Positions 37,276 to 52,396 are shown, counted from the whole stretch's first letter. The stretch is 63,167 nt of DNA, filler included, from Octopus bimaculoides (GCF_001194135.2; 6 parts of 6 records of this genome joined end to end with filler, not necessarily neighbours in it); one strand, 5' to 3'. Made by a program: numbers and translations. The notes: a model not told the origin generated them from the letters alone.

Positions 37276-39243
37276 CGTAGAATCATAAACTTACAGTCAC
37301 AATCATACACGTACACATACATACAGACAACCAGGCATACATACATACATACATACATACATAAATGCATACATATATGCATACATATTCACATACTATA
37401 ATTGTATGCTCATATATTGGCATTATTTCATTATCCAGAGACATAAAACATTGTCACACACACACACACACACATTGATACTCATACATAGAAACAGTTA
37501 CGCACTCATGCACACACGTATACACGTATACACATGGAAATCTTCACAGGTGAACTGATAGAAGAATGTATGTCAAGATATTTGGTGATATTAAATTATA
37601 GGTAAATATGCAGCTTGCAAAACAGATAAAATCAATAGTCAGTCGTCTTTATAAGCAAGCACACACAGTATGGACGAAGCTGAAACCTAATCTGGTAGTC
37701 GGAATCAATCGATACTGTTGACTCTTACCATAAATTCTGTTTATTTATCTATTTATTCATTAGTTACTACTTGGTTTCTTCTTACCAAATTCTCCCCCTC
37801 CTCCTCCTGCTCCTCTTCCTCTTTCTTCATGTTCTTTTACTTCTCATCTTTCGTCTTTGCTCTCCCATTTTCGTTGTCTTTGTTGTTGTTGTTGTTGACT
37901 TTATCGTCGTCTTCGACATCACCAACGACCTTCTGCACCATTATCGCCAACTTTATCATAAAATACTACGACCGTCACCACCAACACCACCACCAACAAC
38001 ACCACCAAAACTACCACCAAAACCACCACCACCACCACCACAACAACAATAATAACAATAACAACAGCAACAACTACAGAAACGCAACGACAATAATAAT
38101 TATTAGTTGTAGTATTATCATTTATCATCACATCATTGATTGTAACATTATAACAATCACCGGCATCTTACCATCATCACCATCCATAGTTGCATCATCA
38201 TAATATTCGCCGTCGCCGCCGCCACCACCACCACCACCANNNNNNNNNNNNNNNNNNNNNNNNNNNNNNNNNNNNNNNNNNNNNNNNNNNNNNNNNNNNN
38301 NNNNNNNNNNNNNNNNNNNNNNNNNNNNNNNNNNNNNNNNNNNCCACCACCATCGCTATCGTAACCACCACCACCGCCACCACTACCGCCGCTGCCATTA
38401 CCATCACTACCACCACTACCATCACTCCTACCGACACCACCACCCCACAACCACCACCACCACTACCACTACCACCACGACCGTCATCGTCGTCGTCGTA
38501 ATCATCATGATCATCCAAATCATCATGAACGACATCTTTGCCTTCACCGCCATCGTCTATATTACCATTCTTTTATTGTTTCTATCTCATGGTTTTTATT
38601 TGGAGAGAAAGTGGGAGGAGGAGTGTGTGTGTGTGTGTGAGAGAGCGAGAGAGAGAGAGAGGGGAGGTGAGAGGAAGAGGAGGAAAGAGGAAGAGAGAGA
38701 AAAAGAGATAAATTTTTATGTTAATTCTTCAACACTAAATAACAACTAAGAGCTAATCCGAGTCATGCTCGGCAGGGGTGTGGCTCTGAACTATTAGCAA
38801 AACACACACACACGCGCGCGCACACACACATATACACAAGTACATACACACACACACACATATACACTATACATACACTGACATTCATATATACTCATTG
38901 AATTATTACCCCCAAAAAATATCAAAACAACATACTCCCAAACAAAAACAAAAAACAGGAGCCTCTATAACACACCATGCATTTACTATCATATACATAT
39001 GCATACACACATACACATAAACATATATGTATATATACGTATATACATACATACATATACACATACATACACACACATACATATATCTTTTACTGACAGT
39101 TGAGAGACTGATGTATTTTTTTTTATTGATTGTTTAGACAGTTCTAAGTGGAGCTGAAGTGACTATGTAGGTGAGGCGCTGCTCATGAAATTTTAATGTT
39201 TATATTGCGTACTGTGCTGCACTGTTTGTGTGTNNNNNNNNNN

Positions 39244-39278
<35 letters not shown>

Positions 39279-39769
39279 GCATATATACACATATACATAT
39301 ATACATACATACATATACACATACATACACACACATACATATATCTTTTACTGACAGTTGAGAGACTGATGTATTTTTTTTTATTGATTGTTTAGACAGT
39401 TCTAAGTGGAGCTGAAGTGACTATGTAGGTGAGGCGCTGCTCATGAAATTTTAATGTTTATATTGCGTACTGTGCTGCACTGTTTGTGTGTGTGAGTGCT
39501 TGCGTGGTTGTCTATGTGTATGCATGTGCTTTGAGTATGTAGGTGCACGTGTATAAGTGACTGTTTGTGCGTGTGTGTTTGTTTCTGGTGAGACAGTAGT
39601 TAGAATCTATACTTTGTCAGTAAAACAGTAGCACATTGAAGAGTATCCCGTTGGCTCTGTGCTAATTGTTCTAGATTTTGAAAAGAAGAGTGCTTTGTTT
39701 TGTTGTTTTTCTTTTTCTCACAGGATCACAGCCAATAACAATCCAAAATGGGTGCCCCATTATGATCGC

Positions 39770-40380
39770 TCGGCCTGCTGGAGATAGTACCTAAAACACT
39801 CTCTAATCAAAATAGACAAGTTTTGAAATTGTCAATCAGGAAATATATTATTCTACCTCTGACATTAAGATAGTCACGGGTGATATGCATTTCATCATTC
39901 ATCTTGCTCCATCAACGTTGACCTACGACTAAACAACAACAATAACAGTAATAACAACAACAACAATAACAGCGACGATGGCGATGACATCTTTATTTTT
40001 ACAGCCAATAAAATAAAGACACATTACATAATGTTGTTATGGATGCTTTGAGTCTGGGCGATATAAAATAAGATTGATCACAGAGGGAAAGTCATTAATA
40101 ATAGGTTTTCTCAATCAGGTGACGGTGGGTGCCGGCCATCGAAAAACAGAGTATGCTTTTTATCGTTACTCTCAACTTACTGGCTAAAACTGAAGCGTCT
40201 ACGTTGTCGCTTAACATGCTAGACATAGTAGTTAAAGCTCCCTTACATCACATTCCACTGTTATCAATAGGAAATGTATGTCTATTTATGCAGAAATGAG
40301 GAGTAGTCATAACGAGAACATCTTTGATTATAATGAATATATGTCTGCTTGACCAGGTTTGACGCAGGGCTAAAAAACGT
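39770..40380 (+). mobile_element. Two degenerate family D copies
   Basis: GCTCGGCCTGCTGGAGATAG...TTGACCTACGACTAAACAACAAC and CGCTTAACATGCTAGACATAG...TTTGACGCAGGGCTAAA; (CAA)n tail. Confidence 0.55.
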
Positions 40381-40440
40381 CATCATTGTCGTCATCGTCA
40401 TCATCATTTACAACAGCAACTACATTGTGTATGTTATTAT

Positions 40441-40655
40441 TTTCTACTTTAGGCACAAGGCCCGACATTTTTGGGGAGAGGGCCAGTCGATTAGATCGAC
40501 CCTCCATTACTCAACTGGTATTTAATTTATCGACCCCAAAAAGATGAAAAGCAAAGTCGACCTCAGCGGAATCTGAACTCAGAATATAAAGACAGCTGAA
40601 ATACCAATAAGCGTTTCGCCCAGTGGGCTAACTTCTCTACCGGCTCGTCGCCTTA
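40441..40655 (-). mobile_element. SINE family A copy
   Basis: Reverse complement of the family A consensus, from TTTCTACTTTAGGCACAAGG to GCTCGTCGCCTT. Confidence 0.85.
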
Positions 40656-41403
40656 CATTGCATATGATATTATATACTTGAACGCTTACTAGATGTTGGA
40701 TTCTTTGCGAATGCAAATACCTTTAAATACTGCAAAGAAGACTCTGAATAAAATGTAACATCTTTTATCTTAACGGAAATAGATTTCAAACCTACACCCT
40801 GGTCTTAGATACCCATCGATATTGTAAGAATTGATGAAATAAGATGAGTTGCTTTAAAACTTACAAAATTTTCGTATTGTTTTTCCCAGTCCGAGAATAT
40901 ATATTTACAACATTTTTTTTCATCTAGCAGACGTTTCATCTCTTGCTTTTCTAAGTACCATCGGGTGCATTTTCTTAGATATGTTCATGGCACGAGGGTG
41001 CTTTGGAACTAAGAGCATTCGTATTTAAATTAAGAACACTGCTGCTCTTTGATATTACCACTAGAAATAATAATGCCTTAGTTAATCATCTATTTCATCG
41101 ATGGAAACCAAATCTGACCTCGTCAATATTTGGTTTTTCAAATGTGGTTTAGCAAACTAGTTAGTCTAAAATATCGATGTGGTTCTTTTAGTAATTGGAG
41201 CGTTTTCGTATCTTCTTTATTTTCGTTTTGTACAGTACAAAACACCTCAGGCCTGCTTTGACTGGTTACAGTAACATGTCACCGTTTTTCAAATTTTTTT
41301 TTATCTCTTATGAAAAGCGGTCGCAAGCCAACCGCTTAGACATTCTAGATTTCTGGAGAGAAACAGACTCCGTGGATTATTCTCTTTCGTCGCTTTGGAG
41401 CTC

Positions 41404-41435
<32 letters not shown>

Positions 41436-41506
41436 AAGAAGGAAGAAACTAATTCAGTATGTAAAAACTACTTAATTTATGAAACTGGGAAGGAAGAAAG
41501 ATAAAA

Positions 41507-41606
41507 CTGACTTCGTCAGGATTTGAACTCAAATCATAAAGAGATAGAACAAATACAGCAAGGCAATGTATCTGATTCTCTAACAACTCTGCCAATTCTC
41601 CACCTT
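41507..41606 (-). mobile_element. SINE family A-related head fragment
   Basis: GGATTTGAACTC (B-box, reverse) and CTCTGCCAATTCTCCACCTT (head, reverse). Confidence 0.5.
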
Positions 41607-41757
41607 ATTTTACTTACATGTTTACATTCACTGTAACTAACCAACATAAAATCCTTTAAGCCATCTTTTGATTTGGTGGAACTTCTGGCCAAATCCCTCT
41701 GAAATCAGCACAAATGTCTTATAATAGGAAGGGGTCACTGGACAACTGAATATTGCT

Positions 41758-41794
<37 letters not shown>

Positions 41795-44700
41795 NNNNNN
41801 NNNNNNNNNNNNNNNNNNNNNNNNNNNNNNNNNNNNNNNNNNNNNNNNNNNNNNNNNNNNNNNNNNNNNNNNNNNNNNNNNNNNNNNNNNNNNNNNNNNN
41901 NNNNNNNNNNNNNNNNNNNNNNNNNNNNNNNNNNNNNNNNNNNNNNNNNNNNNNNNNNNNNNNTATATATATATATATATATATATATATGCGTCAGTCG
42001 TGTATTTAAAATGAATTTGCTTTATCTGTTAACCAGGTTTCAGATTTCGATTACTGAAAGAAGACTTCTTATAGTATTCACCAGATCTACTAAAACTATT
42101 CAGTTTTGAGAAGGAAATTATAAATATGACTATATTACATGTAGGTGCATAGTTTATCAACTCTTTGGTGACACTCGACAAAAGCGACTTTAATTCGAGC
42201 TTGCTATTCGACTATTCGATCTATCTGCACCACTTCTTATCTATTCTCACTTTTGGAATATATATTGATAAAGTATAGAATAATTTGCTATTCTAACTTA
42301 TCTCAGTACCAGATTACATTTTATTTCCATTCATTTGTTGTAATCATCAAATATGTTACATAGAATATACTTTTCTTATTATTAAGGAACAAATATTACT
42401 GATTACATTTCACTCTTCATGGACAGCTTTTACATTCATTGATTTTTCACACAAAGGAACTTTATTCTCGAATTTCAAAGAAACATCTTATCTCTTTCGT
42501 ATCAGTAATAGATCGTCAGGTTATCTTCCTTGATCAACACTCTTTAACAACTGTATATTAAAGGAGATTATAAGGAAGAAGGTATTAAGCACTTACTATC
42601 TTTATGTATGAAGATCAGTACAATATGACTTTTACATTAAATAAAATTCGCGTCTATTCTTTTGAAACATGTTAGCTTCAAGCCTTCTTTGTGATCAGTT
42701 GAGAATTCACATTGATTGAATAGATAAAGACACATGCATTTCGATTTCGCTAAGGTGCCATGAGTACAGTGGCAATGACAAGGCTTTCATATTTACAAGA
42801 CATTGAACTCATAACTCACATGGTAAATGACAGGTATTAAGGAAGGGGTATGCAGTCTATTGTTTAGAAAGTAAGGGGAATTAACGGAATAGTGGTTAAG
42901 TGAATTCTATTTCATTTAAGTAAGAAGAAATATCGATATTGCAATTATGAATGACAAGCGTGAAATTTCTTCTATTTTACAGGACCACCAGGGCTGTTAA
43001 GAAAAACACCAATTCACTGTTAATTAAAGGATAATTGACAAATCTTAAGTAGAGGGCTGGTCATTACAGCACTAATGACCAGTCCTCATATAATTATATT
43101 ATTTGTTATCATAGTTCTGTAGTAGTTATCATCTTTTAAAGAGATGAGAAATATAGGAAAAATAAATTCTTCATACATGCAAAAGTATTCTACCGCATGG
43201 GCATCCATAAATTCTATCAGTAGAAAGGCGGTGAAATCTCGAATAATTATTAAAAGAATATCCATTACAATAAAAAAAAAAACCTTATCAAACTTGTTTA
43301 ATAATTTCAAAAGTCCAAGTTTTCAAGCAGAAATGGTAAAATTTCAAAAGTTGCCATTTCTGTCAGCCTTTGATAATGCAGCCACACTTTTGCTTTATAT
43401 ATATATAAATGAGTTCTCGTTAAATTAAAAAAGCTAGCAGCCAAATACCTAACTTATTTTTACTGAATTAATTGCAATTTTGAAAAATCGCATTCCGCCG
43501 TCCATTTGAAGAAAGTTGCAAATAATTCCAGTTTCTAAGAAAGTCATATTAGCAACAAACTATTGTAGGAAAACTTTACTTTCTATTGTTAAGTTATACA
43601 AGCTAATTTTAAATCGTCTTTTACTTATTGTCGAACTGATTGTAGGAAAACAATGAAAATGGTTTTCGTTCGTGAGCTAAGTATAAATAATTAGACGAAT
43701 CATTAAAGTAATAACTCATTGCAATCTTGACGCAGTCGTAATATTATTAGATTTTAAAAGGGTCTAAATTTTAATCGCAAAGTAAAATTGTTTGCAATAC
43801 AACATTCATATGGCATACTTCGGCATTTAATTGATACTATCATTTCTCTGGTCGGGAAACAGAAACTCGTTCCAGTTGCAGGAATTCTTCACCATGATTC
43901 ATTAATGCCCTTCACTTTTATCATTGTCTTTGGTTATATACTTTATGTATCAGTAGATATAATAAATAGGTAAATGTTTTCAAGAAAATAATGTTCATTC
44001 TATACATCCATGCATGAAACCTATACAGATTTTGCACATGATCTCGCACGACTTACTAATTCATTGCATGATGTATGAGAGCTACAGTCACCTCAAGGCA
44101 GTAGTAAAATATTCCGGGCTCGACCTAAATAACTGACAAGCAGAACGTCTTCCTTGTCATAAAAACAAAACAAAACAGAGCCTTAAGCAATATTTGGAAT
44201 TGTGTGGATGGTGTTACATATTTAGGTTTATATAATGTGTTCATAAAAGGATTTTTTCGCACAAAAGGTATTGAAACAAATTGGCCAATATTTGGACACT
44301 TGATCCAAGTCAAGTCTTTAAAATCAAAATATACTTCTATTGAATCACTTGTCTTTTGAGGTATGGGCACTTTCTATAAAACTTCAAAAAATGACTAGCA
44401 GGTTGTTTGTTTTCCAGTAAAATTCAAAACAGCACATGGATTGTGCATCCGACACGATACAAAATGTATAGGACATTACTACTCGTCTCAAAAGTATACA
44501 GACATCGCACAATTATCTGGGGAACCTCTTCAGTGCTAAAGACGTGCTTGTGTCATCGTTTGTACTTTGGAAACTTCGGCAAGCTGGTGAGAAAAGTTGC
44601 AAGCTGGGATCTCCTGATACCATCGTCAGAAATTTAAGATTTGAAGCGCGATTGTTATAGTAATAGAGAGGATCGCGATATCCGGGGAGCTGTTGAGAGG

Positions 44701-45021
44701 TATGTTACAAGGGCCGCTTAATGATGATGGTTATTATAGAGCTCGTCATTTCAGTAGTGCAAGGCTGGTTATCATAGTATTATAATTTATTGTCGTCTCA
44801 GTATTATGCAGTTGACTATCCACCACAATAACATATATCACCGCGCAATGACACTTGCTCTCCCAGTATTTTATCTTTGGTTATCACAGTATTATGACAT
44901 TGGATATTCAATAGTGAATGTCTTTTAACTAAAGTGAAAAGAACAACATTACTGAGTCGACTGCATATTAAATAACATTAAGAAGAAACGGCAGTAGAAC
45001 GTTGGACGTTAGCCCTTGAAC

Positions 45022-45084
<63 letters not shown>

Positions 45085-46433
45085 GCAGTAGCAGAGAATG
45101 AGAGGATTGGTAGCAGATCAAGGGAATTATATGGAGTATGTCATGTGTTATCTATAAAACAGTACAAATATAAAAACACACCAGAGTTTTAGCATCGTTA
45201 GGTATCTTGCAGCTCCGCTTAATTTCGCCGCGATGTCATTACGCATATTGTCAAATAACAAAATATTCACATCTAGTTTAAATGAAAACCTGAAGCAGAT
45301 TCTAAATATTTCATTTCACTGAAATACAGTATATGTTGCAAACATAAACATATTTCAGTGTGACAAATTCATTATAGATATTGGTTCTCTTGTAATCATA
45401 ACACTATTCAGCTCATCGCGATTCATTTTAGTTAGTTCTCAGGAACCAAACGATAGTGGAAAGAAAATTTCATCCTAACCAAATATGAATTAAGCTTTAA
45501 CGGGCAAGGAAATAACAGAAAGTATTATTCTGAATGTGAAGTGGAAATGAAACCTAGTAGTAATAGAGAAAAAAGAAGAAAAAAATCTGTGAATGTGAAA
45601 AGAAAGCTAAGCTAAACAGAGCCAAGGAAATATTCAATTGAATGCGAAATTAGAATCTAAGCTTAGCAGAGCTAACAACTCTGCTTGCTATGATTAATTG
45701 ACGGTCTGTTGGATATTCAATTGGCGTGTTAATGGAATTGGTCCAAGTATAGCGAGTGTGCCACAGACTTAATTAGATTACGTGTACAATGTGTTTGGAA
45801 ACTGAAGCGGGGTAGTTATATTTCAACAGGCAAAAACATTTCTACGAATAATACCCTATAAACTGACTTTAAATCATTAAATATTTTCCTTTCATATGGA
45901 AAAACGAAGAAATGAACGAAAGAAAGAAAGAAAGAAAGAAAAACGATATTAGATATAATGAATACAGACATACAAACATATATACATACACATTGACAAG
46001 TATGTGCATAGGCTCACTTTTATACTTATAAAATGCTTGCAGTGTTTTTTATTTATTTACCAAGGCCCGTTCCCCATAGGACTGGGTAGCCACAATAAGA
46101 CACACAACAGGCATTCCATTCCTTTCTCAGCTCAAAGAGGCGAACCCCGTCCTATGCTCGGGTCAAGGCATAGAAAGCAACCCCCGATATCAGCAGCGGG
46201 GCCCGACAGTATATGCTGGTTTACCCCCACCGCATCATGCTGATTCCGTACCCCTTTGAGCAACATCAATTCACTCAACCATCCACAGACACCCTCCAAG
46301 CTTTCCTATCATTAATAAACTCTCTTGCCTCTCTCAGTCCAACACCTCTTTCCTCAGTCTGTTCATTCATCATATTTATGTGTGCGTGCGTGTGTGTGTC
46401 TGTGTGTCTGTGTACACACACATATATATATAC

Positions 46434-47306
46434 AAGTTAGATGGCCAGATGTTAGGGGTGATGTGGTCGCAGAAATTCTCTGACAGCCGTGATCGGCTTC
46501 TCCTGCTTGTGTGGCATGGTGCAGAATCATGTTGCCAGACATAGGGTCTTCTAGCAGCCACCCTTTTGACCCTGCTCAGCACTATTTCCTCAAGGCACTT
46601 GATGTAGGCCTCTGTATTGAGTGTGAGGCCGTTAGGAAGATGAATGGAGGCATAACGTCGCCAACACTAGTGATTACTCCAAACACCATGGTGTTGACTG
46701 GATGTTTGATATTTATCACTCTCAGTACACGGCAAGCTAACAGTTGTTCCCTGTGTTCACCATCTCGTCTGAGAAAAACCAAAGCATATTCAGTTGGAGG
46801 GGATGCTTGAGTTTGTTCAAAAGTTCTCGTAGTGCGATGTTTCCTTTTGTCCTTAATGGTTTGGGATAAAAATTTGCTCTTTCTCATTGTGGATGAGGAA
46901 TACCGAATGTCTTCATGCACTACCTGCCTGATAAGAAACTCAGACAGTCCCATGTCCCTGGCGATGGACCTGATTAACTTGGACGGATCGTTGTCAGTCA
47001 TGGCTTAGATTTCACCAACAAATATAGGAGTTTTGTTTTCTTATCAGAACGATCAGAGTGAGTTTTTCGACTGCCGTACCTTCGTAATCACCATTAGACT
47101 CTTCCCGAATTCTCTGCACTGTCCGCAGATTCACACCCAAACACTCTGAAATGTTCGTATTGGAGCTTCCGGCGCGAAGGCCAAGTAGTACAGGATGTCG
47201 TTTCCAAATTTCTGGCACAGTGAATGCGTCATGGTACTGTTTTTTCTCTCAGATGGTGCTAAACGGACCCTACTATATTGTGTAGTTGACAAAATCAAAA
47301 AGAAAC
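46434..47306 (-). mobile_element. Second, truncated copy of the same DD37D transposon
   Basis: ORFs MPEIWKRHPVLLGLRAGSSNTNISEC... and YVWQHDSAPCHTSRR...NIWPSN are colinear with 37-1311. Truncated at a (TA)n tract just before the third catalytic D; no TIR seen. Confidence 0.88.
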
Positions 47307-47829
47307 CATGAACTATACTATTTATCTCGAAATCTGAAGAACTTGAATCGATAGGAACGGTGACATAGCAGATAATGATTCCCAAAGAAGAGATTTTAGG
47401 GACGGTTTTTTAGTCAATAAGCCTACATGCTGATTACATACATAAAAATATCTTCAATAGAGAAAAAAGGAAAAAAAAAACTTGTTAGACAAAAAGAGTA
47501 ATGATTGGCAGCAAGAAACTTAGACTATGTCACCATGTATGTTACATGCCTTCAAATATTGTAAAGAAAAATAATTTAAAAGTGCCTTTTCCCATAAGCA
47601 AAAAAAAAAAAAAAAGGAAAAGCAACGTCAAGAGAAACATGAAATGAATAACTGGAAGGAAGAGAACACAATTTCGAATGTCACTTTATACACGAACAGT
47701 AAATCAACAGTGAGAAGTAAACATCTAAATATTGACCGTAACACACACGATACTATAGCTGTTAGGCTATACAATTTCAGCCGCCTGTAGGGTTCAGGGT
47801 GTAATTTGGTCAGCATATAACTTTCTGAT

Positions 47830-48040
47830 TCATGCTCAAGGCCAGAAATTTTGAGTAGAGGGGGTTGATGGATACCATAAACTCATGTATTTGACTGGAA
47901 CTTTATTTTATTGATTAAAAAGAAACAAAACAAAACATGGAAGACAACTTTGACCTAGGCACGTCTCTAACACAGATTATAAAGTTCTGGAACATAGAGT
48001 GCAAAGAATTTTGTCTGATGCTCTTTCGATTCTGTCAAAC
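47830..48040 (-). mobile_element. Old degenerate SINE family A-related copy
   Basis: CAAGGCCAGAAATTTTG...TTGACTGGAACTTTATTTTATTGA...TTCGATTCTGTCAAACTTTCGC matches the reverse consensus loosely. Confidence 0.45.
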
Positions 48041-49742
48041 TTTCGCAAAGTTCTCATAAGCCAGTTTGCTATGAGAAAGAAAAGTATAACGCTAAGAAGT
48101 GACCCATTAATCAAAGAACAAACTTACACCGCTTTATTAAATTATTGTGATTTGGCAGCTTGAAACAGACGAACAAATTATTGATTAGCTGTTTCAATTA
48201 ATCAAATGTGACATTAAAAAAGGAGAGAAAATGGATAGTTGTGGTGCTGTGAACTTGATCCATTTTCCTGTGAGAATGTTATTAGACAATTTCCATTTCA
48301 CACCCCTTCAAAATCTAAAATTTCATACCTTACAAAAAACTGTCTTTTATTGTTTTTATTTTATTCCACTTTTATGCATTAAATACTAGTCAGATAAAAA
48401 TGATGACATATTTTTTAAAATACAGGTGTGATAATGAAGACAATTTTTTAATGTAGAGTTGAATTAATGATGTTTTTTTTTCATTCAGGTGAGATAAAAT
48501 GACAATTTTTAAATAAAGGCGAGATAATGATGGCATTTCTCTTTTATTAATGTTTTAATTCATTGATATTTATTGTTCGATATTGCATTCCTTCTCCCGT
48601 TTTAAGTAGCTTTCAAAATACCTGAAAGGACATCAAAGCTAATTAAATTAGTAAAGAGATAAAACGAGTATAACAAAATTATTCGTCAGAAATTACTTTC
48701 GTCAAACAACCTATCTATCAGAGCTTTCCTCTATCAACTTTTTTCAAAAATAGAAAATGAATTTGTAAGTGCGTGTGTTATTTAAGCTTTCAGAGATTCT
48801 ATATATGAATTATCACATTATATATAATATTAATGGCAACAGCATACGCGTTGCCTGTCATAGCAGTTGGCTATAATAGCTGGAGATCATATAACCTGCT
48901 ATGCACTTAACCATTACTAACACTTTCAGAAGGTCGTGACTCTTATATCATGTTCCATTAATACATCTAATTTGGAAACCAACTGTATTATAAATGGAAA
49001 GGATTTAAACATCTAAGAAGCTAATAGATTAAAGTATCTCCTTACCGAAACTACAAAACTACACGCGTCTCGTTTATCAACTGAAGTAGAATTCTCCTGA
49101 AGTATTATTTATTAAGAGTTATATACATTACAAACTGGTTACAGTTTACATTTCATAATGAGTCACTCAATACTAAATTCAATTTAGTGAAATAACACGC
49201 TGCTAATAAATAAATATATCAATTACTCAAAGAAAACACTTTGGTGAAAGAAAGAAATAATTTTCGTCTGGTTCCTGGTTTATTGGGCCTGAAATAAATT
49301 AGAACATTCAGCTGTAACACAAAGACTTATTGACAGCAACTGCCTTTGACTTATTAGTGCTAAGGTGTAATTTTCGTCAAGCAACTCCGGTTATTGTCAA
49401 CAATGAAAAGAAATATATGAAATGACGTGTAATGACCGAGCATATTTATTCAACATCAACAGATATAGTTTATTAAAAATATGTTTTACCACAGAGTGTG
49501 GCAACTACGAAATATTATAGCATATTCTAATTACTTAGTTTGACATATTGAAGGTTAAAAGGGGAATCCATTAATAGAAAGCAGTGAGAATCTGTCTGTA
49601 TTAACTCAGTGTCAAACAACAATCTCACTTCGAAGGAACTGAGATGACTACGCAATACTAAATGAGCTGTAATCATAACAATATATATTCTTCCAACTCG
49701 CCGCCTTGATAAAATTAATAACAATGGTTTCCAAGATAGTAA

Positions 49743-51125
49743 CAAGATCTGAACTGAATCTTTGGGGAAGAGGTTGGTCGATGGTGTTGAATATTAAATT
49801 ATTTTATCGACGTTGGAGAGATGAAAGGCAAAGTTGAACTCAGAATGTAAAAAGCCCAAGAAATAAGGCCATGAATTTTGTCGACATTTTAACAATTCTA
49901 TTAGTTCACACTCTTAATAATGGTTTCAAATGTTGATCCAACGCCAGCAATTTTAGGGGAGGGGCAAATCGTTATCATCGACCACAGCACTTAGCTGGTA
50001 ATTATTTTATCGACCCGAGAGGATAATGAGCAAAGTTGACCTCGGCTGATTTTGAGCTCAGAACGTAAAGACAGGCGAAATGCCACTGAATATCTTTGTT
50101 TGGCGTGGTAACGATTTTGCTACCTCGCTGCCTTGCAATTTCTTAATAATATTACAATCTCTATGGTGGCGAGCAGACAGAATCGTTAGCACGCCGGGCG
50201 AAATACTTAGCGGTATTTCGTCTGTCTTTACGTTCTGAGTTCAAATTCCACTGAGGTCGACTTTGCCTTTCATCCTTTCGGGGTCGATAAATAAAGAACC
50301 AGTTGCGTACTGGGGTCGATACAATCGACTGGTCCTTCCCACAAAATTTCAGGCCTTGTGCCTAGAGTAGAAAAGAATAATATTACGATTTCTAAGGTAG
50401 CGGGCTGGCTGAATTGAAACTACACCAAGTTCGACTTTGTCTTACATCACCTTTTGAGGTCGACCAGTTGATCACTGGGGTCGATGTAACTGACTTTCTC
50501 TCCTAAATTTGCTGGTCTTGTGCCAAAATTTGAAACCAATATTTACAATTTCTAACATTGGAATAAAACTATACACATTTTGGGGCAGAAGTATATTGAA
50601 ATTAATTAATCTAACTATATATACTTTTTTGATGCACTCAATGGAACGTAATTAGATATCATGAGATATTTCAGCCAAATTACTGCGCTACATTTCTTTA
50701 ATAATGTTATCAGACTGAACATCAACTCAGTATTTTAAATTAATGTACACATTAGAGTAGATATATTGGATATTTCCACCCGAAGATAATATATTATGGC
50801 GACTAACACAATTGGAAACTTCGTTAGAAATATATTATCACTAAATTGCCAAACTACTTGGGAAACTTCGTAGCAATACTGATATTATTAGCTTCAGTTA
50901 AGTATAGGCGGCGAGCTGGTCAGAATCGCTGGCACCCCGGGCAAAACGCATATGGACATTTCATCTGTCTTCATGTTCTGAGTTCAAATTTCGCCGAGTT
51001 CAACTTTCCTTTTCATCCTTCCGTAGTCGGTAAAATATAAGCACCAGTTGAGTACTGAGCCAATTTAATCGACTAACCTCCTTCCCTAAATTTTCAGGTC
51101 TTGTGCCTTTGGAAGAAAGGATTAT
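49743..51125. mobile_element. Cluster of five SINE family A copies: 49743-49916(-), 49921-50134(-), 50165-50380(+), 50394-50540(+), 50906-51125(+)
   Basis: Each copy shows family A head, core or tail motifs. Orientation switches across the ~30-bp spacer at 50135-50164. Confidence 0.85.
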
Positions 51126-52182
51126 TTTCTGTTTAGTAAACACTGCATTATTCTGGAAGTATTAATGATAAATCAACATTAAAATATCGTGGTACACTGT
51201 TAAATAAAACAAAAACAAAAACAAAAAAAAAAAAATTACGCATAGAGTAGTGCGAAAGAAATAATAGGCTGCAAAAAGTGTTAGTAAGGGGTAGAAATCA
51301 AATGAAAAATGGGGGAAAAGGATTTTTTAAACAAAATAGCGGGAAACCTTACATGAAATATATGTTGCACAACATAGGCATATATATTCTAATAGCATGA
51401 ACAAAAAACTCTTTATCGACAGTAATTTATTTCAATATGAAATTGAATATAAAACATTGGAACTTACTTATCTGGTGTGTGGTACTAGTCATGTAGGAGT
51501 CTTAAAAATATTAAGTGTTATGTAAAAGAGCATATGTAATATATCAGTGAATATAGATTTGCAAACATGTCAAAATTTGCCGAACTAGACAGCAATCATT
51601 TCATATCTAAACTGAAATATCCTCCTGTGAATGTTCTTTTGTATATAATTCATCCTGTTCTGAAAGTAAATAAAGTTGCATGATCTGGCGGAAAATATGA
51701 CATCGTAACATTTCGGTATGTATTGCAAAATCAAATTCACAAGCATGATGTTTAGTAGATAGATGTCAAGAAAAAAATTTTTAATACAAGTTAAACATCC
51801 TAACAACTACAACAAAGCAATAACTGAAATCATCAAAACATATTCTGTATCAGATAAGTAAAATAATATTACGCAAATACCGACCATGTACTATATATCG
51901 ACTTGACATGAATGTTCCTGTGCAGGGAACCAACATTTCACAGAAACTTCTAGTATAAAATATACAAAATTGCTATGGTATAAAGCGAATTTATTGCAAT
52001 GGAAGAGAAGATAATAATGGAAGATATTACAACTATATATCATAATATAATTACTACATATAAAAATGTAGCAACAATAAAGAACACGATTCTATTAAAA
52101 AATAGAACAGGAGTAAATAGACAATATGGCGGGAGTTGGCTTCCTTTGTAAAAAAATTTGTAAACATGACTACATACTACAC

Positions 52183-52225
<43 letters not shown>

Positions 52226-52330
52226 GTCATCGTTGTCGTCGTCGTCGTCGTCGTCATCATCATCATCATCATCATCATTGCCGTCGGCGTTGTGGAAGTC
52301 CTGCCTTCTCTCTCATCATTTTATTTTTGT

Positions 52331-52388
<58 letters not shown>

Positions 52389-52396
52389 ATTGCTGC

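Noticed and set aside
38764-38790. CCGAG-TCATG-CTCGG hairpin as a Helitron 3' end
   Set aside because: No CTRR terminus follows and no matching 5' TC end was identified.
44125-44637. Non-repetitive ORFs 44125-44370 and 44407-44637 (likewise 51585-51806 and 19888-20169)
   Set aside because: Short, no recognisable motifs and no convincing splice sites; lengths are compatible with chance.
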